From an uncultured Flavobacteriaceae bacterium (GTDB lineage Bacteria > Bacteroidota > Bacteroidia > Flavobacteriales > Flavobacteriaceae), in the NCBI GenBank assembly GCA_963975495.1, contig CAXBID010000001.1:1-40800 (forward strand): a stretch of 40,800 bases of DNA, in the 5' to 3' direction. Positions 19,007 through 27,745 of the stretch are shown piece after piece; the first letter of the stretch is position 1, and each line of letters begins with the position of its first letter. The notes under the pieces are model-generated. The model saw only the letters and a list, made by a program, of their open reading frames with translations. It had not been told where the DNA came from and ran no database searches. The position numbers and the translations under genes were made by a program.

Positions 19007-21057
19007 GATCTTTCGGGGGTTATAGGTATGCGAATGGAAATTTTAGTGCCCTTACCTGGAGTTGACTTTAAGATATAGGTGCCATTCATTTTTTTAACTC
19101 TGGAAAGCATATTTTTAAGTCCAATACCCTTAGGTCGTCTGTTGCGAGTACCCAAGCCATCATCCATCATTTCAAGGTTTAATACATTTTCATACCATAA
19201 AAATTGCAAAGTAAAACAAGACGCCTGGGCATGCTTTATACAGTTTTGCAACGCTTCCTCTATAATGTGATATAGGTTTACCTTAATTAGGTTGTCTATC
19301 CGTTCCCATGGTATATTGCCATCATGTCTTAACTTGTATTCAAATTTTACGATGTTACTCCGTTTACGAACCAAGCTTTCTACGATAAAAATAAAGTCGA
19401 TTGGAAGTTCAATCATTTTGTTCTTCAGTTCATGTGATAGTTCCCTGATTTTCTTTTCGATGCGCTGTAGTTCCTTGAGATAGGATAGGTGTTTTTCAAC
19501 CTCCATTTCTTGTCCATTTAAATCAAGATAGGCCCATCCCATCCTGAGTGCAAATAGATCGCTCAGGATGCTATCATGTAAATCTTCAGAAATACGGATT
19601 CGCTCTTGGTTCCTCCCTTGTTGCAATTGCTCCTGTTGTTGCAGTGTCAACCGGTAGATTTGTTCATTGGCCCGTTGCTGATTGGTTTCCAGTTGCAATA
19701 GTTTATTTTGTGATTTTTGTCGGTATATCAGGTAAGTCAAAAAAATGAACAGAAAAGAAACCAGCCCACCTATAGATGTCCAGGTGACCTTAGTGGATAA
19801 TTGTTTGTTTTTGGCAATGTACTGATCCGTTTCATATTGGATCCGGGTAAACTTGTTCCTTGTATTTCGTTCTTGGGACTGAACCTTCTTATTGATAATT
19901 ATGTACTGTTCCAGGTACTTGTCCTTGTACTTGGAATCCAATTTAGAGAGTAGTTCCAAGGATTGAAGAATGTCTCTGTTGTTTTTGATGTTTTTGGATA
20001 ATAGGTAGGATTTTTTGGCATGGTCCAATGCCATAGCGGTATCTCGTTGCTTGGCATAGTAGGCTGCTAAATGTGCCCTGCTCACAATCACACCTGAAAT
20101 ATTGTGCATGCTATCCCTGATATGCAGTGCCTCAAAAAATTCCCTTGGCAGACCTGTAGTGTCATTATTTAGGAATTTGCTAAAGGCTCTATTGTCTATC
20201 AGGCGCGCATAAAGGAAAGGGTCAATAGCTCTTAAGTCCATGATTTTTAGGGCTTTTTCAAAATAGGCAATAGCAGTTTTTTGGTTTCCCTGTTTCTGGT
20301 AAATCAATCCCATATTGTTGTAACTATCCTGTAGAAAAAGGGATTTGTGTTCCAGCTCATCCAAATATTCCAAAGCCATTTGATGATAGGAAATGGATTT
20401 TTCATAGTCTTCGAGTTCTTCATAAACGACGCCTAAAAGGTTGTAGCATTGGTAAAGCTGTTTGTATTTGTTAAGTGGTCTGAAAATTTCAATTGCTTGG
20501 AACAAATACACTTCCGCACCCGTGTAATCCCTAAACCTGCTGAGAATAAAGGCCATGTTGTACAACATTCTGGCAGCATAAAAGAGGTTGTTGGTTTTAT
20601 AGAAAAGTTTATGTGCCTTTTGGTAATGAAAATAGGAACTGTCGTAGCTTAGCTGTCTCAGGTGGTAAGCCCCGTAATTCCAATGCATATCAGCAATCTT
20701 TTGGGTATCCTGCAATTGAATAGCCATGGTATACGCTTTATGTCCTGACCTGATAAAAAGGGCAGAATCATGGCTCTTATAAGCTTGGTATGCAATAGTG
20801 CTTAGATGTTCAAGAGCTATGGAATCTTTCTCAGTGTCACTGATTGATTGGTAAGCTTTTTGGAGCAATCTACGCTTTTGGAAATTCGTTAGGTTATTTG
20901 TTTTTACCCTTTGAAGAAGCATAGCAATACTGTCTCCTTTATCTATATCATGTTGCTTGGGTTTGGTTCGATTCGTGCATTGCACAAAGAGTCCCATCAA
21001 AAGCAGTATGCAGAAAAGGAGTGAAGAAGGATAATATTTAGGACCACAGAACTTCAC
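19003..21057 (-). CDS. TPR-repeat sensor histidine kinase (HisKA_3 / NarX-like)
   Basis: N-terminal signal/TM segment, a long TPR-like region, a TM segment (WTSIGGLVSFLFIFLTYLIY), H-box RISEDLHDSILSDL and the ATPase G-box GIGLKNMLSRV. It shares a 4-nt overlap with the regulator gene. Confidence 0.85.
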   Translation of the reverse strand: MKFCGPKYYPSSLLFCILLLMGLFVQCTNRTKPKQHDIDKGDSIAMLLQRVKTNNLTNFQKRRLLQKAYQSISDTEKDSIALEHLSTIAYQAYKSHDSALFIRSGHKAYTMAIQLQDTQKIADMHWNYGAYHLRQLSYDSSYFHYQKAHKLFYKTNNLFYAARMLYNMAFILSRFRDYTGAEVYLFQAIEIFRPLNKYKQLYQCYNLLGVVYEELEDYEKSISYHQMALEYLDELEHKSLFLQDSYNNMGLIYQKQGNQKTAIAYFEKALKIMDLRAIDPFLYARLIDNRAFSKFLNNDTTGLPREFFEALHIRDSMHNISGVIVSRAHLAAYYAKQRDTAMALDHAKKSYLLSKNIKNNRDILQSLELLSKLDSKYKDKYLEQYIIINKKVQSQERNTRNKFTRIQYETDQYIAKNKQLSTKVTWTSIGGLVSFLFIFLTYLIYRQKSQNKLLQLETNQQRANEQIYRLTLQQQEQLQQGRNQERIRISEDLHDSILSDLFALRMGWAYLDLNGQEMEVEKHLSYLKELQRIEKKIRELSHELKNKMIELPIDFIFIVESLVRKRSNIVKFEYKLRHDGNIPWERIDNLIKVNLYHIIEEALQNCIKHAQASCFTLQFLWYENVLNLEMMDDGLGTRNRRPKGIGLKNMLSRVKKMNGTYILKSTPGKGTKISIRIPITPERS

Positions 21058-21150
21058 TGTAAATTAGGGAGACCATAAATATAAGAAAAACCTTTAACAA
21101 AAATGTTAAAGGCTTGATTAAAAATTAGATAAGTATGTCAAAACTAAGAT

Positions 21151-21312
21151 TTAATCATCTTTGTCATTATCGGGTCGCACACTGGAATCATCACCTGTAG
21201 CCACTACTTCGGCAGGCGTTGTATTTTTATGGTTGTTTTCAGTGGGCGTACAGGATATAAAGCAGCTCAAGAACAAGGTTGATAACAGGATATTGTTTAC
21301 GGATATTCTCAT
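21151..21312 (-). CDS. Small lipoprotein ORF (53 aa), below the ORF-track length cutoff
   Basis: My translation of the minus strand gives MRISVNNILLSTLFLSCFISCTPTENNHKNTTPAEVVATGDDSSVRPDNDKDD, a signal peptide with a lipobox. It lies directly upstream of the kinase gene on the same strand. Confidence 0.3.
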   Translation of the reverse strand: MRISVNNILLSTLFLSCFISCTPTENNHKNTTPAEVVATGDDSSVRPDNDKDD

Positions 21313-21539
21313 GATATTAGTGGTTTTAATTACACAAATGTTTTAGCGCCAGTTGAGTTACTGGCAAGTCATTTTATTGTGCACAATGGAAATCTTGACC
21401 CAAGGGCCAAGTTAAAAGCAGCTTTCTTCAACTAATTTAAAAGTCTTAATAGAGATGGATGTAAAATAAAACATGGCTTTAGTGAGTAAGCTGTTTCTGT
21501 GAGGGTGTGCCCTGTTTTTATGAGGCATGGTAAAGTAGG

Positions 21540-22250
21540 TTAGAACGTAATCCTGGTAAGTGATGTGAAAATTATATTTATATTTTCATGGTATTTTTTA
21601 GAGAAAGGAATGACGTTTTTAAAATGGTTTAGGCTACAAATTCCTTTGCCAAAATCGATTCGATTCACGAAGCAGGTGTTGATGATATAGCTTTTATGGA
21701 TCCTCTTGAAATGTTTGGGTAATTTATCTTCAAAGGTTTTTAATGTTTTAAATGACGTGATGATGTCGCCGTTAAACATGTGAAAATCCGTGGTATTATT
21801 GTCGGCTTTTAAAATGATGATTTCTTGGGTATTCAGAAAGTGGTAGTCTTTGTACGATTTAAGACAGATCAATTGGCTATCGGTAACGGGCTTCTTTTGA
21901 TATCGGGATATACTTTTGTTGACTTCAAGGGAAGAAATAGGTGTCAACAGGTAATAATGGAATTTATGTTTGATGGTTTGGTATGCAAGATCTGTATTGG
22001 CGGATAGCGCAATAAATGCCGGAAGGGGAATTTTATAAAGATGTAGCTCAAGGGAAAATCTTAAGGCGTCGCCAATAACGCCATCGACATTTATAAAAAC
22101 CAAATCAGGTTGATACGCTATAATCAGTTCAAGAGCCTTATTACGGCATATTGTATTTCCTAATGGTTCAAATAGTCCTGTTTTATGCAGGAGATGATCA
22201 ATTAAGTCAATGGATTCTGCATTGGAGTCTAAAATCAAATAACGTTTCAA
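21540..22250 (-). CDS. LytTR-family DNA-binding regulator with degenerate receiver domain
   Basis: C-terminal LytTR signature FKRIHKSYIIN. The N-terminal receiver-like fold has DLVFIN where DLVxxD is expected and LLTP where LxKP is expected. Confidence 0.7.
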   Translation of the reverse strand: MKRYLILDSNAESIDLIDHLLHKTGLFEPLGNTICRNKALELIIAYQPDLVFINVDGVIGDALRFSLELHLYKIPLPAFIALSANTDLAYQTIKHKFHYYLLTPISSLEVNKSISRYQKKPVTDSQLICLKSYKDYHFLNTQEIIILKADNNTTDFHMFNGDIITSFKTLKTFEDKLPKHFKRIHKSYIINTCFVNRIDFGKGICSLNHFKNVIPFSKKYHENINIIFTSLTRITF

Positions 22251-22405
22251 AGTTGCTAATTGTGTCTCTAAAATTATTTAGATTTCAATAAGACCAAGTA
22301 GATAATATGAATAAAAATAATATACAAAGCATCTACCCATAGATAGGGTGTTTCAGCTATTTTGTAATCAGGTAAGCAATCTTTTTAATAAAATTTCATC
22401 CGGCA

Positions 22406-23251
22406 ATGAACAACTATGAAAACTATTTAAATGACCTGAACCAGGACTTGGACTGTCTTGAATTGGAGCCATTGGATACTCTTACTAAATTTGTACAGGG
22501 CATTAAAATAACCACTGCAGTAATTAAGAAGCTTAGGGATTGTGCAGTCTCTAAGGGATTTGAGGGAAAAGATGAGGAGATTCATTTTTTTAAATATCTT
22601 AAACCTCAAATATTCAGTAATCTTATTTATTATCGGAAGCTTTTTGCTATAGAAAGCAAAAGGCCCAGAAGCACCAACGAAGCTCAAAGACAGTATTTTG
22701 TGTTGCAGATTGATAAGTTGCAGGAATATTTTAATACCAATCAAGAGTTTTACCATTATTACCGCAGTGGGGCTACGTTCTTGGATGAGCACTATTTTTT
22801 GCGTAAAAATGCAGATGTTTCCCTCAATCTAGATGCGATTTGTTTTTTAACGGATCTGCAGTTTTCCACGAGCCACGATAGTTCAGTGGCCATGATTATG
22901 GCCCATAACAAGTTGATTTTGCATTTGAAAAGGGAAATGCTAAGACTTGATGATACCCCTTTGAAGATTACAGAATCCCATAGGAAAAGAGCACCGTCAA
23001 AACTTTTTTGGACCGCTAATAAAGTGGATCTGATTGAGTTGATCTATGCATTGTATACTTCTGGCGCCATAAATAGAGGTGCCGCCAATATAAATGAAAT
23101 AGCAGACTCTTTTGAAACACTATTGGGAACGGACTTAGGGGACTTTTATCGAACCTATTCGGAGATCCGCTCTAGAAAGATACACAGAACTAAGTTTATG
23201 GAAAAATTAAAGGAATCCCTTGATCAACATATGCTGAGTTTGGATCGTTGA
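22406..23251 (+). CDS. rteC: RteC-family regulator
   Basis: Blocks EEIHFFKYLKPQIFSNLIYY, FYHYYRSGATFLDEHYFLR and LIELIYALYTSGAINRG...RTKFMEKL match the RteC family as I remember it from CTnDOT-like elements. Confidence 0.7.
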   Translation: MNNYENYLNDLNQDLDCLELEPLDTLTKFVQGIKITTAVIKKLRDCAVSKGFEGKDEEIHFFKYLKPQIFSNLIYYRKLFAIESKRPRSTNEAQRQYFVLQIDKLQEYFNTNQEFYHYYRSGATFLDEHYFLRKNADVSLNLDAICFLTDLQFSTSHDSSVAMIMAHNKLILHLKREMLRLDDTPLKITESHRKRAPSKLFWTANKVDLIELIYALYTSGAINRGAANINEIADSFETLLGTDLGDFYRTYSEIRSRKIHRTKFMEKLKESLDQHMLSLDR

Positions 23252-23253
23252 AA

Positions 23254-23276
23254 ACACCCAACTTGGGTGTTTTTTT
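23254..23276 (+). terminator. Rho-independent terminator after rteC
   Basis: acaccca (23254-23260) pairs with tgggtgt (23264-23270), followed by a T6 run. Confidence 0.65.
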
Positions 23277-23505
23277 AATGGGTTGTTTTTATGCTATTTC
23301 GGATGGTTTTAAATGATTGGTAATAACAAAATCCTGTAAATACACTTAAATAATATGTAGAAAAAAATTACCCAAGTTGAGTGGACCTTGTGAATAAAGA
23401 ATTAATAAACCTTACAGCTTTGCCATACGAAAGTCAAATCGAGGCAAAGTCGTCATTTAAAGAATGAAACCCTTGACGGCTTTGTTTTTTTAAACAAGAA
23501 AAATT

Positions 23506-23784
23506 ATGGCAGCAACAATCATTACCACCGAAGATCTTTGGGAATTCAAAATGGAATTACTCGATGATATTAAAAAATTACTCAACAAAGAAACTGGTCA
23601 ACTATCCAAGAAATGGCTAAAATCTCCCGAAGTCAGGGAGCTGTTGGGCATCTCTCCTGGAACATTACAAAACCTAAGAATCAACGGCACATTGCCATAC
23701 ACCAAAATGGGAGGCGTTTTGTATTATGATTATCAGGAAATTATGAAAATTTTGGAAGGCAATAAAATCCATAATAAATTCTGA
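23506..23784 (+). CDS. Excisionase/MerR-like HTH DNA-binding protein
   Basis: KWLKSPEVRELLGISPGTLQNLRINGTLPYTKMGGVLYYDYQEI is a motif typical of small HTH proteins in Bacteroidota conjugative transposons. Confidence 0.7.
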   Translation: MAATIITTEDLWEFKMELLDDIKKLLNKETGQLSKKWLKSPEVRELLGISPGTLQNLRINGTLPYTKMGGVLYYDYQEIMKILEGNKIHNKF

Positions 23785-23791
23785 ATCCATT

Positions 23792-24322
23792 TTGGAATCC
23801 ATGAATTACATCAAGCATCTTAACGGAGTTTTGGAAAAATTTTCAAAAGATAACCGCTTAAACCCAACGCACATAAGTCTATACATGGCATTGTTCCAAA
23901 TTTGGAACAATTACCATTTCAAATCAGGTTTTTACATCAATCGTGCTGAAGTGATGGATCTATCAAAATTAGGGTCAAAGACCACTTACCATCGATGCAT
24001 CAAGGAACTGAGCGATTGGAGCTATCTGTTGTATAACCCGTCCCATAATCCGTTTCGAGGAAGTAAAATAAAGATGTTCATTTTTGGGACAACCGATGAA
24101 CTACCTCTAGACCTCTCCCGTACCAATATCGGGACAACCAATGGACAAGCGCTGGTATCTAAAGATAAACATATCAAAACAGGAATAAACAATACAAACT
24201 TATCAAAACAAAAAATTAATAATAAAAAAGTTTTTGAAAAAGGAAGCAAACAAAACACAACTGTTCCATATCAGGACAACTTAAGGACAAGTTCAGATAA
24301 AAATTACAACGAGCCTTTATGA
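23792..24322 (+). CDS. Hypothetical winged-helix-like protein, possible replication/helper factor (TTG start in track; ATG at 23801)
   Basis: ORF with RLNPTHISLYMALFQIWN...TTYHRCIKELSDWSYL. Its stop overlaps the downstream ATPase gene by 4 nt. Confidence 0.45.
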   Translation: MESMNYIKHLNGVLEKFSKDNRLNPTHISLYMALFQIWNNYHFKSGFYINRAEVMDLSKLGSKTTYHRCIKELSDWSYLLYNPSHNPFRGSKIKMFIFGTTDELPLDLSRTNIGTTNGQALVSKDKHIKTGINNTNLSKQKINNKKVFEKGSKQNTTVPYQDNLRTSSDKNYNEPL

Positions 24323-24981
24323 ATACCACGAATCCACATATCATCATAGAAGGCCCAAATGAGTATAAGTTAGGAGAACTTAAGTGCAATGAAATCGTTT
24401 ATGATTTTAATGAAATTCTTAGGTATCTAAATGCCAAAGGGAAGTTGCTTTTTGGAACTGATTTTAAAACAGTCATTGACGATAGGGACGTCCTGTTTAA
24501 GCTATGTAATTATTTCATCAAGGACGAAGCTAACTGTAAAAAGTTGGACATAGACATTCATAAGGGCATTCTTTTAATCGGTCCTGTTGGCTGCGGTAAA
24601 ACAAGTTTGATGAAACTGCTCAGGCATATTGTACCACATCAAAAAGCTTATAAAATAATACCTTCCAGAAATATTGTGTTTGGCTTTAATCATGTGGGGT
24701 ATAAGACCATCGAAGATTATGGCAGCACCAATTACTTTTGTTTTGATGATTTAGGTGTCGAACCCATTGGAAGGCACTATGGAAAAGATTGTAATGTGAT
24801 GGGTGAAATCCTGTTGTCACGTTATGAATTGTTTTTAGATCATAAGGTTAAAACGCATGCGACATCCAATCTAAACGCACAGGAATTGGAGGAGCGCTAT
24901 GGGAATCGAGTGCGTTCTCGAATGCGTCAACTATTCAATTTAATAGCTTTTGAACCTAATGCTGTCGATAAAAGAAAATAA
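24319..24981 (+). CDS. DnaC/IstB-like P-loop ATPase
   Basis: Walker A GPVGCGKTS and Walker B FCFDDLG. Confidence 0.7.
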   Translation: MNTTNPHIIIEGPNEYKLGELKCNEIVYDFNEILRYLNAKGKLLFGTDFKTVIDDRDVLFKLCNYFIKDEANCKKLDIDIHKGILLIGPVGCGKTSLMKLLRHIVPHQKAYKIIPSRNIVFGFNHVGYKTIEDYGSTNYFCFDDLGVEPIGRHYGKDCNVMGEILLSRYELFLDHKVKTHATSNLNAQELEERYGNRVRSRMRQLFNLIAFEPNAVDKRK

Positions 24982-24993
24982 TTATGCTAAAAA

Positions 24994-25039
24994 TAATTAA
25001 ACTTTGGCAAATATTATGTAATTTGCCAAAGTTTAATTA
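24994..25039. promoter_or_regulatory. Perfect 19-bp inverted repeat (8-bp spacer): terminator and/or operator upstream of the abiEi-like gene
   Basis: taattaaactttggcaaat (24994-25012) is the exact reverse complement of atttgccaaagtttaatta (25021-25039). It ends 14 nt before the 25053 start. Confidence 0.55.
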
Positions 25040-25052
25040 ATAATTTAGTGCA

Positions 25053-25784
25053 TTGATTGATACTATAAAAGATAAAATACAATCTTATTTTAATGAACAA
25101 TCAACCATTTCAAAAGATAAGTTGGTAGAATGTATTGTGTTTGATTTTCCTGAACTAAAAAAAAGTACTATAAACGTGTATTTATCGCGCTTAAAAAAGG
25201 AAGGGCTTATCAAAAATCCATCAAGAGGCATATATGCTCTTAAAGAGAAAAAAGCATACAGTCCAATTATAGATAGTAATTTAAAACGTTTGTTCAATAA
25301 AGTTAAAAAAGACTACCCTTTTGTAGGTTTTTGTATTTGGGATACCAAGTGGTTAAACGAATTTATGAGGCATCAACCATTTAAATTCTATACGGTTATA
25401 GAATTGGATAAAGATGTTACAGAATCGGTATTTTATGCATTAAAAGAACAAGGAAAGCAAGTTTATATAGAGCCTGATGCAGAAACTTTCAATTTGTATA
25501 TTAGCAATAGTGAAGATGTCATCATTTTAAAACATTTAATATCTGAAGCGCCACTTCAAGAAATTGACAAAATAACCTTGCCAACGCTGGAGAAGTTATT
25601 GGTAGATATGACTATTGATACTAAAGTATATGCAGCACAACAAGGCGAAATAGAATTTATTTATGCGAATGCATTTGAAAAGTATGAAGTAAATAAAAAT
25701 AAAATGAAGCGTTATGCATATAGACGCAATAGAGAAAACGAAATTGAAAATTTAACTAATTTAATTTTGGCAAAAATTGAATAA
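25053..25784 (+). CDS. AbiEi-like wHTH antitoxin/regulator
   Basis: N-terminal wHTH-like STINVYLSRLKKEGLIKNPSRGIYAL. It sits immediately upstream of an AbiEii-family gene, the typical bicistronic arrangement. Confidence 0.55.
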   Translation: MIDTIKDKIQSYFNEQSTISKDKLVECIVFDFPELKKSTINVYLSRLKKEGLIKNPSRGIYALKEKKAYSPIIDSNLKRLFNKVKKDYPFVGFCIWDTKWLNEFMRHQPFKFYTVIELDKDVTESVFYALKEQGKQVYIEPDAETFNLYISNSEDVIILKHLISEAPLQEIDKITLPTLEKLLVDMTIDTKVYAAQQGEIEFIYANAFEKYEVNKNKMKRYAYRRNRENEIENLTNLILAKIE

Positions 25785-25794
25785 TTTGCCAAAA
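25765..25794. repeat. Second TTTGGCAAA/TTTGCCAAA inverted repeat, spanning the abiEi-like stop codon
   Basis: ttttggcaaa (25765-25774) is the reverse complement of tttgccaaaa (25785-25794). The 20-mer 25784-25803 matches 25021-25040 at 18 of 20 positions. Confidence 0.5.
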
Positions 25795-25805
25795 CTTAAT
25801 TAACT

Positions 25806-26864
25806 ATGATAGAATCAACGACATACCATCCAGATTGGATTTATGAAGTCAAAAGAAATTTAGGGAAAAAGAAATTTGATCCTAAATTAATTGAGAAGGT
25901 TATATATGCATTGGTTTTTTTAGAGCAATTAAAATTAAACGGATTAGAATTTATTTTTAAAGGAGGTACAGCATTATTATTAGCAACCAAACAACCAAAA
26001 CGGTTTTCAATTGATATAGATATTATCACAGAGCAAACACAAAGTGACATAGAAACTATTCTAGAAAAAATAAGTAAAGACAGTGTGTTTACACATTGGG
26101 AAGATGACAACAATAGAAAGTATACGCCAGATGCACCAATGGGGCATTTTAAAATGTACTATACAAGCCATGTAGATGGAAGTGTTGAGCCAATACTGTT
26201 AGATGTATTATATACGCCAAATCCATATCCGGAACTCATGGAAATTCCAATAGCACACGATTGGATTCAAATAACGGGGGAAATTACGACGGTACAAATG
26301 CCAACCTTTGATGCCATATTAGGAGATAAGCTAACGGCTTTTGCACCAAGAACAACAGGAATACTTTATAGCAAAAACAGACCCGTAGAAATAATAAAGC
26401 AGTTGTTCGATGTGGCTTTTTTAATGGATAATATCACAAATTTAAAAGTAGTCCAAAATAGTTACAACAAAGTAGTTGCAGAAGAAACTAAGTTCAGAAA
26501 GTTAGATGTGTCTGTCATTCAAGTATTAGAAGACTCTCAAGAAGCTTGTTATGTATTGTCTATTAGAGATGTCAAATCAGAAGAGTTTAAACATTTTCAA
26601 TTAGGGATTAGCAATTTTACAAATTTCACAATTACAAAATTTAATATTGAGGAGGCTATTGCAGCAGCATCAAAAGCAGCTTATTTAGCAGAGATTTTAA
26701 AAAGTGAAACATTACCGAAGTTAGAGAAATTTATTAGTGCACAACAGATTAAAGATTGGTCAATTGAAAATCAACAGTTCAATAAATTGAATAAGCTAAA
26801 GAAAAGTAATCCAGAAGCATTTTTCTATTGGTATAAAACTTTAGAATTGGTAGGTAATGTTTAA
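25806..26864 (+). CDS. AbiEii/AbiGii-family nucleotidyltransferase toxin (352 aa)
   Basis: Motif FKGGTALLLATKQPKRFSIDIDII. Confidence 0.8.
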   Translation: MIESTTYHPDWIYEVKRNLGKKKFDPKLIEKVIYALVFLEQLKLNGLEFIFKGGTALLLATKQPKRFSIDIDIITEQTQSDIETILEKISKDSVFTHWEDDNNRKYTPDAPMGHFKMYYTSHVDGSVEPILLDVLYTPNPYPELMEIPIAHDWIQITGEITTVQMPTFDAILGDKLTAFAPRTTGILYSKNRPVEIIKQLFDVAFLMDNITNLKVVQNSYNKVVAEETKFRKLDVSVIQVLEDSQEACYVLSIRDVKSEEFKHFQLGISNFTNFTITKFNIEEAIAAASKAAYLAEILKSETLPKLEKFISAQQIKDWSIENQQFNKLNKLKKSNPEAFFYWYKTLELVGNV

Positions 26865-26914
26865 ATAATCAAACGCAATAATAAGTTTCTATTAAATGGC
26901 TTAAACTATAAAAA

Positions 26915-26961
26915 GATTGTTATTTCAATCATAATTAGTGTATTTGTATGAAATAACAATC
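26915..26961. repeat. 13-bp perfect inverted repeat at the abiEii / hipA-remnant junction
   Basis: gattgttatttca (26915-26927) is the reverse complement of tgaaataacaatc (26949-26961), with a 21-nt spacer. Confidence 0.5.
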
Positions 26962-27306
26962 ATTTAAATGATTGGATAAGAAAAGTAAATACTATTTCCA
27001 ATACAGATGACCATTTACGAAATCATGGTTTTATTCTAACAAGTCTCGGGTGGGTATTGTCTCCAGCTTACGATTTAAATCCCTCGATAGACAAAGATGT
27101 TCTAGCGCTCAATATCGATACAGATAACAATGCACTGGATTAATTTAGCAAAAAGTGTGGGAGTGTTTTTTCGTTTAACAGAAGAGCAAATAGATAGTAT
27201 AATAAACGAAGTTAAAGCAGTTGTTTCTACTTGGGAAAATGAAGCTGACAAAATCGGGATTGCCAAAAGAGAACAAAGTATTATGGCTAAAGCGTTTAAT
27301 GTATAA
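26952..27306 (+). pseudogene. hipA: HipA-family kinase toxin, C-terminal remnant with one frameshift
   Basis: The frame open from 26952 reads ...NTDDHLRNHGFILTSLGWVLSPAYDLNPSIDKDVLALNIDTDNNALD and stops at 27141-27143. It continues in the next frame from 27145 as LAKSVGVFFRLTEEQIDSIINEVKAVVSTWENEADKIGIAKREQSIMAKAFNV, stopping at 27304-27306. No N-terminal ~300 aa and no start codon. Confidence 0.6.
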
Positions 27307-27679
27307 CAGAAAAAGACGTTTATTATTATAGGAAACAGAGCTATTTAATTTGATGGTTTTTATGGAAGAAGATTAGATTAGAGAAAATACACATTTGTAC
27401 TATAATCTTCCATTTGGAGTTTATCCCGAGCGAAGCCGAAGGGTAACTTGAGCTTTGGTTAAAACCGAAAGTTGTATTACAGTTTCATTACGATTTTAAT
27501 GGAACACTTTTTATGAGACGACGTAGGAGGGAAGTATAAAGTGTGTGAAATAGCTAGTATTGTTAATTTGTTTGTTGATAAGTTCGCCCAAAACACTAAT
27601 TATTAAATTATTAACTAATTAACTTTGTAGATACGGTTTTCCCATCTTATAGATTTTCCTCTCATTTATTAAGATTTAG

Positions 27680-27704
27680 ACAATGTCAAAAAAATAGACA
27701 TTGT
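27680..27704. promoter_or_regulatory. 8-bp inverted repeat about 45 bp upstream of the NTase start (candidate operator)
   Basis: acaatgtc (27680-27687) is the reverse complement of gacattgt (27697-27704). tagaca also occurs as a direct repeat at 27677 and 27695. Confidence 0.3.
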
Positions 27705-27745
27705 AAATAGCCGACTTTAATTATTAATATAAAAACATTAGAAAT

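Noticed and set aside
27620-27627. taactttg as a Bacteroidota -7 promoter element (TAnnTTTG) for the cassette
   Set aside because: It matches the consensus, but it lies about 120 bp from the start codon, I could not find a convincing -33 TTTG partner, and such octamers occur by chance in AT-rich DNA.
27306-27745. Search for a coding gene or ubiquitin-like small ORF upstream of the NTase
   Set aside because: All frames close within a few codons (for example MVFMEED-stop and MRRRRREV-stop), so the region is treated as non-coding.
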